Shown one piece after another: positions 11,419 to 20,739 of a stretch of DNA of 64,000 nucleotides. The notes beneath the pieces are model-generated. The model was given only the letters and a program-made list of their open reading frames with translations. It did not search any database and was not told the DNA's origin. Numbering within the stretch: the first letter of the stretch is position 1; every line of letters begins with the position of its first letter. The position numbers and the translations under genes are program-made. This DNA comes from an uncultured Gemmatimonadales bacterium (GTDB lineage: Bacteria; Gemmatimonadota; Gemmatimonadetes; Gemmatimonadales; GWC2-71-9), in NCBI GenBank assembly GCA_963771275.1, contig CAVYSW010000003.1:928001-992000 (forward strand). Reading direction: 5' to 3'.

Positions 11419-11655
11419 TTACCGAGCGTGCGCCTCGAGTGCAGCGGCGCAGCGGGCCGCCAAGTCCTTGCCGTACAACCGCGCGCACAGGCGTCGCCGC
11501 GTCTCGGCCGGCGACAGGCCGTCGGGAAACGATGCCAGCACCAGCACCCGCGCCGTGTCAAACATCTCGGCCGCCAGGACGATGCGCCGCTCGTCAGGCA
11601 GCCCGAGCCAGAGCTCCTTCATTAGCCGTGCGGCCTTGGGCATCGTGTCACGCAC
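11419..11655 (-). CDS. Small helical protein, putative antitoxin partner of the nucleotidyltransferase
   Basis: 78 aa ORF overlapping the stop of the upstream nucleotidyltransferase; DT-P...MFDTAR...RRRL..RLYG pattern. Confidence 0.65.
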   Translation of the reverse strand: MRDTMPKAARLMKELWLGLPDERRIVLAAEMFDTARVLVLASFPDGLSPAETRRRLCARLYGKDLAARCAAALEAHAR

Positions 11656-12205
11656 GATTCACGGCCCTCCACACGTCTCTCAGGTCCAGACGCCGAATCC
11701 ACTCTTCGACATACGCAGGGTCATAGCCGGTGGCGGCGAGGTTCCGGACGTCGCCTAGCGGGATCTCCGATTGGGAGTCCCGGGCCCACTCGAGTTTGGA
11801 GAGCATCAGGTCTTCCTTGCTCACGATCCAGATCGGCAGGTCGACGCCCGCGGTGATGCGGCGCCGGCGGGTGAACTCGTGGAGCCGGTACGGCGTGTTC
11901 TTTCGGACCACCACGTCCACCCTGATGACGCTTGCCAGGTGAACCAGGTTGAAGAAGCCATCGTCAGCAATCGCCCGGGCGAGGTCGTCGGGGACGTAGT
12001 AGTCGCCGCGGAACAGGGTGGCCACGGTGTCGGCGTCGCCGGACCGCAGGGCGACGACCAGGTCGATGTCGCGGGTCATCCGCGGCTCGGCATAATGGCT
12101 CAGGGCCAGGGAACCGGTCAGCATGTACGCCAGGCCGGCGCGATCAAGTCGCCCGGTCACGTCGCGGAGGACGCTCAGCTCGGTGGGCAGATCGGCGTTC
12201 GCCAT
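11648..12205 (-). CDS. Nucleotidyltransferase (MenT/AbiEii-like toxin fold)
   Basis: YMLTGSLAL..YAEPRMTRDIDLVV (GS and DxD motifs), EDLMLSKL. Confidence 0.8.
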   Translation of the reverse strand: MANADLPTELSVLRDVTGRLDRAGLAYMLTGSLALSHYAEPRMTRDIDLVVALRSGDADTVATLFRGDYYVPDDLARAIADDGFFNLVHLASVIRVDVVVRKNTPYRLHEFTRRRRITAGVDLPIWIVSKEDLMLSKLEWARDSQSEIPLGDVRNLAATGYDPAYVEEWIRRLDLRDVWRAVNRA

Positions 12206-12272
12206 GCGGTGAACGGTGCGGCAGGCGCGTGGTTCCAGCAACCCCCGCACTCGTCCCCACCACGCCATGAGG

Positions 12273-12300
12273 TTGACAGCATCCCCGTTGATCGTAACGT
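12273..12300 (+). promoter_or_regulatory. Candidate sigma70 promoter upstream of the alphaCTD/sigma4 gene
   Basis: Perfect TTGACA followed after 16 nt by TAACGT. Confidence 0.4.
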
Positions 12301-12454
12301 TGCCCCCACCATCGAGCTGCGTGAGCGGCCGATGGCACGACGATGTCGACCTGATGGCAGAAGGCCGGCTCTCAGCATCCTTCACAGCGGCTGGACGTTT
12401 CGCAAACCCCGGACGCGGCGGGCAAGTGAGGCGTACTCTGGTGCCGGACACCTC

Positions 12455-13705
12455 ATGACCAATCGGACGGACGTTGTCCCGGACCGCGAGATCTGCCTCC
12501 CGCCGAGCCTCCACGACCTGCCACTGTTCGACCTGCCGCTACGGCGGCATACCGCGGACGCTCTGCTTCGGGCCGGTCTGGTGTGGGTGGGCGACCTGCA
12601 CGGCCGGTCCCTGGTGTCACTCCTCCAGATCCGCCGGTTCGGGCCCCGGTCGGTCAGCGTGCTGATCGACGCCCTGGCGGTCGTGTGGAGACGATCGGCC
12701 GCCGGGCGCCCGGCCCTCACCGGGACCCGCGATGACATCCCGCTCGCGTCCCTCGGCTTCGGTGAGGTGGCGCTGAGGGCGATCGCCGCCCGGGGCGTCT
12801 CGACACTGGGCGCGCTGCGGATCGCGCCCGACTTTCTCTTTTTCGACGCGCCGGTCTTGGGCCGCGTGCTGTGCCGAGCACTCCACGGCGGTGGACCGGG
12901 ATTGGCGGACCCCGCCGCGCTGCGCGAGGCCGTGCTTGCACGACCGGAGGCGGCCCCGCTGCTCGCAGTCCCTCGCGAGCTGTGGCCCGTGCCGGTTTCC
13001 GCGCTGGAGATCAGCCCCCGCACACCCCCGGCGCTCGGCCGGAGGGGAATCGAGCGGCTGGGGCAGCTGGACTGCCTGACGGCCGAGGATCTGCCGTGGC
13101 TGGCCGGCATCACGCCGGCCGGCGCCGCGGGCGTGGCGCGGGCCGTCGGCCGGGTCCGGCGACTGTCGCCGGCGCATGAGGTGTTGGCGCGCTGGACCGA
13201 TGAATCGGGATCGCTGCGCCTGCCCGACCTTCCGCTCGCTGTCCTGCACAAGTTGGCGCAGGCCGAGAGTCTTGATGACGAGGTTCGGGCGCTCGTCGGG
13301 TGTCTCGGCCCACGCAACGCCGCGCTGGTCCTGGCCCGCTGGGGTGCTGACCGGGAGGTTCCGGCGACCTTCACACGCGCGGGTCAGGAGCGCGGCATCT
13401 CGCGTGAGCGGGTTCGGCAGGTCCTCGCTGTGGCTGAAGCGCAGCTCATGCGCTGCGGCATCATTCTGCCCCTGGGATCGCGTATCGTGGAGCTTCTTGC
13501 GGCCGCCGGCGGCCGGCTGGACACGGAGCGATTCCTGGCGGTCCTCGAGCGCGCCAGCCTCCGGACCACCCGGGCGGCCCTCAACGCCCTGCCCCCGTTG
13601 GCCCGGCTGGGCATCGTGCCGCCCGTCGCGTACTCCCCCGAGAATGACGTGTGGAGCAGCCCGGGATGGGCTCCGTCCATTCCCCTGCCTGGCTATATAA
13701 CTTGA
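12455..13705 (+). CDS. Protein with repeated RNA polymerase alpha-CTD-like HhH domains and a sigma70 region 4 HTH
   Basis: LPLRRHTADALLRAGLVWVGDL...LLQIRRFGPRSV (alphaCTD-like) plus two degenerate copies; LGPRNAALVLARWG...GISRERVRQV (sigma4). Confidence 0.75.
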   Translation: MTNRTDVVPDREICLPPSLHDLPLFDLPLRRHTADALLRAGLVWVGDLHGRSLVSLLQIRRFGPRSVSVLIDALAVVWRRSAAGRPALTGTRDDIPLASLGFGEVALRAIAARGVSTLGALRIAPDFLFFDAPVLGRVLCRALHGGGPGLADPAALREAVLARPEAAPLLAVPRELWPVPVSALEISPRTPPALGRRGIERLGQLDCLTAEDLPWLAGITPAGAAGVARAVGRVRRLSPAHEVLARWTDESGSLRLPDLPLAVLHKLAQAESLDDEVRALVGCLGPRNAALVLARWGADREVPATFTRAGQERGISRERVRQVLAVAEAQLMRCGIILPLGSRIVELLAAAGGRLDTERFLAVLERASLRTTRAALNALPPLARLGIVPPVAYSPENDVWSSPGWAPSIPLPGYIT

Positions 13706-13707
13706 CC

Positions 13708-13947
13708 ATGCCGGTCCCCCCTCGGATCCCCCCACGCGACTCGACTCAGCTCCCCAACGCCAAGCTGTGTTGGGTGTGCTTGCAGCTGGAAGATGAAGAG
13801 CGCGCGCGCGCGACGCGTCAGATGAACCTGCTGACCGGCCACGCCGCGTGGGCCATCTGCCCGCGCTGCAGTCAGGAGGCGCCGGACCGGGAGGATGCGT
13901 CCTACCTCATGCGGGCCAGCCGGTTCATCCAGTCGATCGAGAACTAG
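13708..13947 (+). CDS. Small CxxC..CxxC putative zinc-binding protein
   Basis: 79 aa, CWVC and CPRC, starts 2 nt after the upstream stop. Confidence 0.55.
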   Translation: MPVPPRIPPRDSTQLPNAKLCWVCLQLEDEERARATRQMNLLTGHAAWAICPRCSQEAPDREDASYLMRASRFIQSIEN

Positions 13948-14042
13948 AGCCGCAGCGGGCGGGCGGGGCTTCAAGCCCTTCCAGCCACAAAGTCGGTCCG
14001 CCGCGCCGTGCGCCCGGGCAGCTACTGGCCCTCGGCGCGCTG

Positions 14043-14074
14043 CTTTCAATCCACGCCCGCGGGCGGGCGGAGAC
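14043..14074 (-). CRISPR. Solitary type I-C-like CRISPR repeat (not an array)
   Basis: 32 nt GTCTCCGCCCGCCCGCGGGCGTGGATTGAAAG: 6-bp stem, 4-nt loop and 11-nt TGGATTGAAAG tail; no cas genes in window. Confidence 0.4.
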
Positions 14075-14159
14075 CAGCCAAGCGGTTCGGGTCATGGCTC
14101 CAAGACGCGGGCCCTAGCGCTCTGGGCACCCGCCGACCCGTCGCGAATGTCCTGCAGTC

Positions 14160-14177
14160 GTAACCACCGGTGACTAC
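14160..14177. promoter_or_regulatory. Imperfect palindromic operator upstream of the Phd antitoxin
   Basis: GTAACCACCGGTGACTAC, 9 nt before the ATG. Confidence 0.5.
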
Positions 14178-14186
14178 CTTCCCCGC

Positions 14187-14486
14187 ATGAGAGTCGTCGG
14201 CGTCAAGCAGCTCAAGGCCAGGTTGTCGGAGTACCTGCGGCTGGTGCGCGCGGGCGAGACGGTCGTCGTCACCGACCGCGACCAGGTGCTGGCGGAGTTG
14301 CGCCCCGCGCCCCGCCGGGCGGGGCCGCGCGATCAGATGGACGAGGTGCTCGATGGCCTCGCGGAAGCCGGAGAGCTGACCCGGCCGGCGCTGCCGAAGG
14401 GCCGTTGGACCTGGAAGGCCGAAGGGCTCGGCCTCGCACCAGGGACCGCGCAGCGACTGCTGGACGCCCTCTGCGGCGACCGGTGA
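14187..14486 (+). CDS. Phd/YefM family antitoxin (orphan)
   Basis: VGVKQLKARLSEYLRLVRAGETVVVTDR Phd N-terminal signature. Confidence 0.85.
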   Translation: MRVVGVKQLKARLSEYLRLVRAGETVVVTDRDQVLAELRPAPRRAGPRDQMDEVLDGLAEAGELTRPALPKGRWTWKAEGLGLAPGTAQRLLDALCGDR

Positions 14487-14504
14487 GCGGGCCCCCGCCG
14501 CGCA

Positions 14505-15767
14505 CTACGGGCGGTCCTCCGCTATCCCCCGCCGCGCCGCGCGCACGATGATGCGGATCGGGCGGTCGTAGAACACGTAGTTCCACGCCCACTGCAGCAA
14601 GACGACGATCCGGTTCCGGAACCCGATCAGGAAGTAGAGGTGGACCGCGAGCCAGGCGACCCACCCGAACCAGCCCTTGAGCGCGAGCCGCCTGATCTGC
14701 GCGACGCCCGCGTTGCGACCGATGGTGGCCATGATGCCGGGATCGAAGTAGCGGAACGGCCGGAGCGGCGACCCCGCCAGGTGCCGCAGGATGGTCCGGC
14801 CGACGGCGCGACCCTGCTGGATCGCCGGCTGCGCAAGCATCGGCAGGTCTGCGCCCTCGTGGGCCACCGCTGCCACGTCGCCGATCGCGAACGCGCGCTC
14901 CTCGCCGGGAAGCCGGAGGTACTCGTCCACCACCACCCGGCCGTTCTTCCGGCGCGGTGTCGTCAGGCCGTCCCCCAGCGCGTTGGGCTTCACGCCCGCC
15001 GCCCAGACCAGCGTATCCGCCTCGAGCATCTCACCGGTGGAGAGCTCGATTCCGCCGTCCGCGATTCCGCGCACCAGTACGCCGAGGCGCACGGTGGCGC
15101 CAAGCCGCTCCAGGCGCCGCCGCGCGTCGGCGCCGAGCGGCGCAGGGAACGCCGGCAGCACCCGATCGGCCCCCTCGACCAGGAGGATGCGCACGTCGGC
15201 GAGCGCGATGCCGGGGTAGTCCCGTCCTGCCACGAGTCGGACCAGCTCGGCAAGCGCGCCGGCGTATTCGACGCCGGTGGGACCACCGCCCACCACGAGG
15301 AACGTCAGCGCCCGGCGCTTTGCCGGGAGGTCGGCCGTCACGGCGGCCTCGAACCGCGCGAGCACGTGGTTGCGGAGCGCCATCGCGCTGGGCAGGGAGT
15401 TCAGATGGAAGGCGGTCGCCGCGATCGGCGCCTGGCCGAAGAAGTTGATGCCGGCCCCCGTCGCGAGCACCAGGTAGTCGTAGGGCTCGTCCGGGCCCCT
15501 GGCCGTCCGCACCAGGCGCCGCGCCAGATCCACGCCGGTCACCTCGGCCAGGCGGATCCCGACGTTCCGCGCGCGGCGGAAGATCGTCCGCACCGGAAAC
15601 GCGATGTCGCTCGGGTTCAGCAGCGAGCTCGCCACCTGGTACACGAGCGGCGTGAACAGATGGTAGTTGTGCCGGTCGATCAGCAGCACGTCCACCGGCT
15701 CGCGGGCCAGCACCCGCGCGCAATTGAGCCCGCCGAACCCGGCTCCGACGATCACCACTCGCGACAT
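14505..15767 (-). CDS. ndh: Type II NADH dehydrogenase-like FAD oxidoreductase
   Basis: GAGFGG, HLFTPLVYQV, GGGPTGVE, AIGD, AQPAIQQG, WLAVHLYFLIGFRNR. Confidence 0.9.
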   Translation of the reverse strand: MSRVVIVGAGFGGLNCARVLAREPVDVLLIDRHNYHLFTPLVYQVASSLLNPSDIAFPVRTIFRRARNVGIRLAEVTGVDLARRLVRTARGPDEPYDYLVLATGAGINFFGQAPIAATAFHLNSLPSAMALRNHVLARFEAAVTADLPAKRRALTFLVVGGGPTGVEYAGALAELVRLVAGRDYPGIALADVRILLVEGADRVLPAFPAPLGADARRRLERLGATVRLGVLVRGIADGGIELSTGEMLEADTLVWAAGVKPNALGDGLTTPRRKNGRVVVDEYLRLPGEERAFAIGDVAAVAHEGADLPMLAQPAIQQGRAVGRTILRHLAGSPLRPFRYFDPGIMATIGRNAGVAQIRRLALKGWFGWVAWLAVHLYFLIGFRNRIVVLLQWAWNYVFYDRPIRIIVRAARRGIAEDRP

Positions 15768-15828
15768 CGGCCCAAGATACCTCGACCAACCTTGCCAGCG
15801 GGAGCCGCGCGGGCGATACTCGGCCCCC

Positions 15829-17175
15829 ATGCATGAACCCGTCGGCACCGGCTACGCACGTCGCCTCAACGTCTTCGACGCCACGATGCTGGTCGTCGGC
15901 GGCATCATCGGCGCCGGCATCTTCCTCAACCCGGCGGTCGTCGCGCAGCGCGCACCCACCGCAGGGCTCGTCATCGGCGTGTGGGTGCTCGGCGGCGCCG
16001 TGGCCCTCGCCGGCGCGTTCTGCTTCGCCGAGCTGGCGGCGCTCAAACCCGTCGCGGGCGGCGGCTACGTGTACCTGCGCGACGGCCTCTCCCCCGTCGT
16101 CGGGTTCCTCTACGGCTGGACCGAGCTGCTCGTCATCAACAGCGGCGGCATCGCCGCCGTCGCCATGACGTTCGCGAGCTACGGGACGAATCTCACCGGC
16201 GCGGGGCCGGCCGCGATCGCGCCCGTCGCGATCGGCGCGATCGTGTCCCTCTCGGTGGTCAATCTGCTCGGCATCCGGCCGGGCGCCGTCGTGCAGAACG
16301 TGCTCACCGTCCTCAAGCTCGTGGCCCTGGCCGCTCTGATTCTCGTCGGCTTCTTCTGGCCGATGACCGCACTGTCTTCCCCCTCCCCCTCTACCCCTTC
16401 TGCCCCTGGTTTTCTCACCGCCATCGGCACCGCCCTGATTCCCGTGCTGTTCGCCTACGGCGGCTGGCAAAGCACCAACTTCGTGGCCGGGGAGCTCAAG
16501 GCGCCCCGCCGCGACCTGCCGCGCGCGCTGATCCTCGGCGTCGTCCTGGTCGTGGTGGTTTACGTGCTCGCGAACGTGGTGTACGTCCGCTCGCTCGGCG
16601 TGAGCGGTCTCGCCGCGAGCACGGCACCCGCGTCCGACGTGATGCGCCGCGTGCTCGGAACCACCGGCGCCCGCTTCATTGGCGTCGGCATCGCGATCTC
16701 GACGTTCGGGTTCCTCAACCTCGCGATCCTCGCCGCGCCGCGGGTCTACCAGACGATGGCCGCCGACGGGGTGTTCTTCGGCAGCGCCGCGCGCCTGCAC
16801 GACCGGTTCCGCGTGCCTTGGGTGGCGCTGCTCATTCAGGGCGCATGGGCCATTCTCCTGATCGCCACCAAGACCTACGGCCGGCTGCTGGACTACGTCG
16901 TGTTCGGGGACTGGATCTTCTTCGGCCTCGTTGGGGTGACGCTGTTCGTGTACCGCCGGCGCGGGGCCGCCGGCCCCCCAGGCGCCAACATGTTCCGCAC
17001 CCCGGGCTACCCTTGGGTCCCGGGCTTCTTCATCCTGGCGGCCGCGTTCGCCGTGGTCTCCACCGTGCTGTCGAATCCTCGCGACGCCGCGCTCGGCGGG
17101 GTCACCATAGCGGCTGGAATCCCCGCGTACCTCTTCTGGAAGCGGCGTGGCTCGCGCTCGTCCCCCGCCCCTTGA
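15829..17175 (+). CDS. APC family amino acid permease
   Basis: GGIIGAGIF, GGGYVYL, FAYGGWQ; about 12 hydrophobic segments. Confidence 0.9.
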   Translation: MHEPVGTGYARRLNVFDATMLVVGGIIGAGIFLNPAVVAQRAPTAGLVIGVWVLGGAVALAGAFCFAELAALKPVAGGGYVYLRDGLSPVVGFLYGWTELLVINSGGIAAVAMTFASYGTNLTGAGPAAIAPVAIGAIVSLSVVNLLGIRPGAVVQNVLTVLKLVALAALILVGFFWPMTALSSPSPSTPSAPGFLTAIGTALIPVLFAYGGWQSTNFVAGELKAPRRDLPRALILGVVLVVVVYVLANVVYVRSLGVSGLAASTAPASDVMRRVLGTTGARFIGVGIAISTFGFLNLAILAAPRVYQTMAADGVFFGSAARLHDRFRVPWVALLIQGAWAILLIATKTYGRLLDYVVFGDWIFFGLVGVTLFVYRRRGAAGPPGANMFRTPGYPWVPGFFILAAAFAVVSTVLSNPRDAALGGVTIAAGIPAYLFWKRRGSRSSPAP

Positions 17176-17206
17176 CCCCACGGAGGACGGCGTCGAGGCT
17201 TCCCCC

Positions 17207-17686
17207 ATGGCAAACGACTTTCCATCCGACCAAGTCCCGACGGTCCCGCCGCCGGACGTGCTGCGCGAGCTGACCGAGCGACTGAACCAGCACCCCGGCA
17301 TTGCCCGCATGGGCATCCGGCTGGATTTCTCGACCCCCGGCGAGGTGCGGGCCGATGTGGACCCCATCGAGCCCCATCACCGCGGCGGCATGGGCACCCC
17401 CGCCGTCAACGGTCCCACCATTGCCGGCGTGTTCGATCTCGTGACCGGGTTCACCGGCTACCTCCAAGCGCTGGGCAAGCGCGTCGGCGTCGCCCAGCTC
17501 AACATCCAGTATCTCCGGCCGGTGCACGGCGACCGGTTTCACGTGATCGGGAAGCCGACCCGCGTGGGCCGCTCGCTCGCGTTCGTCTCGTCCGAGCTGT
17601 TCGACGAGGCGGGCATCGTGTGTGCGCGGAGCGACGGGATCGTCGCACTCTCGAACATCGAGGGGTCCGGGGAGCTGGCACTGTAG
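17207..17686 (+). CDS. PaaI family thioesterase (hotdog fold)
   Basis: HRGG..AVNG..IAGVFD, LNIQYLRP, RVGRSLAF. Confidence 0.8.
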   Translation: MANDFPSDQVPTVPPPDVLRELTERLNQHPGIARMGIRLDFSTPGEVRADVDPIEPHHRGGMGTPAVNGPTIAGVFDLVTGFTGYLQALGKRVGVAQLNIQYLRPVHGDRFHVIGKPTRVGRSLAFVSSELFDEAGIVCARSDGIVALSNIEGSGELAL

Positions 17687-17700
17687 GATCCGGCCAGAGG

Positions 17701-17784
17701 CACCGCAGAGCACGCGGAGACCGCAGAGAGCGTTGTGCGTATGTGCGGCATCTCGTCTCTGCGTCCTCCGCGGTCCCTGCGGTG
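17701..17784. repeat. Palindromic REP/MITE-like element with 9-nt periodic arms (copy 1)
   Basis: C-ACCGCAGAG-CACGCGGAG-ACCGCAGAG ... CTCTGCGTC-CTCCGCGGT-CCCTGCGGT-G. Confidence 0.75.
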
Positions 17785-17862
17785 AACATACCAGCCCCAC
17801 CCCCGGGAACCACCGGGCGCCCGTCGCTGTATCCACATTCGAACCCCAGCCCAGAGGTGTTC

Positions 17863-18504
17863 ATGCGACGATTCGGCGTACTGGGCTCCGGCCCGGTGGC
17901 GCAGGCCCTGGCCAAGGGCCTCGAGGCGTACGGTTACGAGGTTCGGATCGGTAGCCGCAGCCCGGAGAAGCTCGCCGACTTTGCCAGCAAGACCGGCATC
18001 GCGACCGGTACCTTCACGGAGGTGGCCGCGTGGGCCGACGCGGTCGTGCTGGCGGTGCTGGGACGGGTCGCCGGAGACGCCCTGCGGCTGGCGGGCGTTG
18101 GGAACCTCAGGGGCAAGCTCGTCATCGACACGACGAACCCCATCAGCGATGCGCCGCCGGTGGACGGCGTGCTGCAGTTCTTCACCGGACCCAATGACTC
18201 GCTCATGGAGCGCCTCCAGGCGGAGTTCCCCGAAACGCAGTTCGTCAAGGCGTTCAACAGCGTCGGCAACGCGCTCATGGTCAACCCGTCGCTCCCGGGC
18301 GGCAAGCCGACCATGTTCTACTGCGGGAACGACGCGCAGGCGAAAGCCGTGGTGGCCCGCATGCTCGAGCAGTTCGGTTGGGAGGGCGCGGACATGGGAA
18401 CCGTGGTGGCGGCCCGCGCCATCGAGCCACTGTGCCAGCTGTGGTGCATCCCCGGTTTGCGCGAGAACCGCTGGACCCACGCGTTCCGACTGCTGCGCCG
18501 CTGA
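17863..18504 (+). CDS. NADPH-dependent F420 reductase-like dinucleotide-binding oxidoreductase
   Basis: GVLGSGPVA, GSRSPEK, VIDTTNP, VKAFN, AARAIEP. Confidence 0.85.
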   Translation: MRRFGVLGSGPVAQALAKGLEAYGYEVRIGSRSPEKLADFASKTGIATGTFTEVAAWADAVVLAVLGRVAGDALRLAGVGNLRGKLVIDTTNPISDAPPVDGVLQFFTGPNDSLMERLQAEFPETQFVKAFNSVGNALMVNPSLPGGKPTMFYCGNDAQAKAVVARMLEQFGWEGADMGTVVAARAIEPLCQLWCIPGLRENRWTHAFRLLRR

Positions 18505-18591
18505 CGGCTGGTGCCCGGAGGCTCGGTCTTGACCGGCTCGCGGGCCCCGGCGAACCTTCGTGTCCTCTGACCATGGCCCGGGAGTGAATCC

Positions 18592-20739
18592 ATGCACGCC
18601 CACGTCGTCGGAACCGCCACGCTCATCCTCGTGCTGCCGATGCTCGCGCCGAACCTCGACGCCCAGACCTGCACCGTCCCCAAGACGAGGACCGTGAACA
18701 CCTTGGACGACTACCACGGCACCAAGGTCGCCGATCCCTACCGCTGGCTCGAGGACGTGGACTCACCGGAGACCAAGGCGTGGGTCGAGGCGGAGAACTG
18801 CGTCACGTTCGCGTTCCTGGAGAGGATTCCCGAGCGCAAGGCCCTGGAGCGGCGGCTCACGGCGATCTGGAACTATCCGCGGTTCGGCACGCCGTTCAAG
18901 GAAGGCGGCCGGTATTTCTTCTCCAAGAACGACGGGCTGCAGAACCAGGCGGTGCTCTACACGCAGCGGAGCCTGGCGGGCGCGCCGGCGACGTTGCTGG
19001 ACCCCAACACCCTGTCGGAAGACGGGACGGTGGCGCTCTCCGGGCTCGCCGTCTCGCGTGACGGGAGGTACCTGGCCTACTCCACGTCGGCGAGCGGATC
19101 CGACTGGCAGGAGTTCCGGGTGCGCGACATCGCGACGGCCAGGGACCTGCCCGACCATCTGCGCTGGGTCAAGTTCTCCGGCGCGTCGTGGACCAAAGAC
19201 GGGAGCGGGTTCTTCTACAGCCGGTACCCGACGCCCAGCGCGGACTCGATGGTCGGCCAGAACCGGTTCCAGAAGCTCTACTACCATGTCGTCGGGACCG
19301 ATCAGGCGCAGGACCCACTCGTGTTCGAGCAGCCTGACGAGCCGGACCGCGGCGTGAGCGCCGACGTGACCGAGGACGGCCGCTACGCGATGCTTGGCAT
19401 CTGGCTCGGGACCGACAGCCGGAACCGGGTCTACTACATGGATCTCGGAGACCCGCAGCGGCCCAATCTCGCGGCGCCGGTGGTCAAGCTGCTCGACGCC
19501 TTCGACGCCACCTACAGCTTCATCGGCAACGACGGGCCCGTTTTCTACTTCCAGACGAACCTCGACGCGCCGCGCGGCCGGCTCATCGCGATTGACGTCC
19601 GCACCCCGGAGCGCGCGAGCTGGCGCGAGCTGATCCCGCAGGGAACCGACGTCCTCTCCGGCGTGGCGCTGATCAACCACACCTTCGTGGCCGAGTATCT
19701 CACGGATGCGCACAGCACGCTCAGGCTGTTCGCCATGGACGGGGCACCGAAAGGGGAGATCGCCCTCCCGACGCTTGGCTCGATCGGCGGGCTCTCGGGC
19801 AAGCCGGACGACCCCGAGATGTTCTACGCGTTCACCTCGTACCTCTACCCCACGACCATCTTCCGGTACGACTTCCGGACGGGCCGGAGCGAGGTGTTCC
19901 GGGCCCCCGAGCTGCCGTTCGACGTCACGCCCTACGAGACGAAGCAGGTGTTCTACACGAGCAAGGACGGCACGCGCGTCCCGATGTTCATCACGCTGAA
20001 GAAGGGGACCAAGCTCGACGGCACGAACCCCACGCTGCTCTACGCCTACGGCGGGTTCGACATCAACCTCACGCCGGGCTTCTCGCCGGCGATCCTGCCG
20101 TGGCTCGAGGTGGGCGGGATCTACGCGGCGCCCAACCTGCGGGGCGGCGGCGAGTACGGCGAGGAGTGGCATGAAGCCGGCATGCACGAGAAGAAACAGA
20201 ACGTGTTCGACGATTTCATCGCGGCCGCCGAGTACCTGATCGCGCAGCGCTACACCTCGACGCCCAAGCTCGCCATCAGCGGGGCCAGCAACGGCGGGCT
20301 GCTGATCGGCGCCGTCATGACCCAGCGGCCCGACCTGTTCGGCGCCACGCTCCCGGCGGTGGGCGTGATGGACATGCTGCGGTTCCACAGGTTCACGATC
20401 GGCTGGGCATGGGTCACCGAGTACGGCTCGGCCGACAGCGCGCAGCAGTTCCCGTACCTCTACCAGTACTCGCCGTACCACAACATCAAGCCGGGAACGA
20501 AGTACCCGCCGACGATGGTGACCACCGCCGATCACGACGACCGGGTGGTGCCCGGGCACTCGTTCAAGTTCGCGGCGCGGCTCCAGGCGGCGCAGGCGGG
20601 CCCGGCCCCGATCCTCATCCGGATCGAGACCAAGGCGGGGCATGGTGCGGGAAAGCCCACCAGCAAGATCATCGAGGAAACGGCCGACCAGTGGGCGTTC
20701 CTGGTCGAGGTGCTGGGGATGCGGAAGGCGAAGACCTAG
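18592..20739 (+). CDS. Prolyl oligopeptidase (S9A), exported
   Basis: Signal peptide, [18 protein letters not shown] (Ser), DDRV (Asp), AGHG (His). Confidence 0.95.
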   Translation: MHAHVVGTATLILVLPMLAPNLDAQTCTVPKTRTVNTLDDYHGTKVADPYRWLEDVDSPETKAWVEAENCVTFAFLERIPERKALERRLTAIWNYPRFGTPFKEGGRYFFSKNDGLQNQAVLYTQRSLAGAPATLLDPNTLSEDGTVALSGLAVSRDGRYLAYSTSASGSDWQEFRVRDIATARDLPDHLRWVKFSGASWTKDGSGFFYSRYPTPSADSMVGQNRFQKLYYHVVGTDQAQDPLVFEQPDEPDRGVSADVTEDGRYAMLGIWLGTDSRNRVYYMDLGDPQRPNLAAPVVKLLDAFDATYSFIGNDGPVFYFQTNLDAPRGRLIAIDVRTPERASWRELIPQGTDVLSGVALINHTFVAEYLTDAHSTLRLFAMDGAPKGEIALPTLGSIGGLSGKPDDPEMFYAFTSYLYPTTIFRYDFRTGRSEVFRAPELPFDVTPYETKQVFYTSKDGTRVPMFITLKKGTKLDGTNPTLLYAYGGFDINLTPGFSPAILPWLEVGGIYAAPNLRGGGEYGEEWHEAGMHEKKQNVFDDFIAAAEYLIAQRYTSTPKLAISGASNGGLLIGAVMTQRPDLFGATLPAVGVMDMLRFHRFTIGWAWVTEYGSADSAQQFPYLYQYSPYHNIKPGTKYPPTMVTTADHDDRVVPGHSFKFAARLQAAQAGPAPILIRIETKAGHGAGKPTSKIIEETADQWAFLVEVLGMRKAKT

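Noticed and set aside
12350..12365. CTGATG...GAA resembling a hammerhead ribozyme core
   Set aside because: Needs CUGAUGA and GAAA with three stems; neither is satisfied
13950..14160. Full CRISPR array
   Set aside because: Only one convincing repeat and no cas genes; reported as a solitary repeat instead
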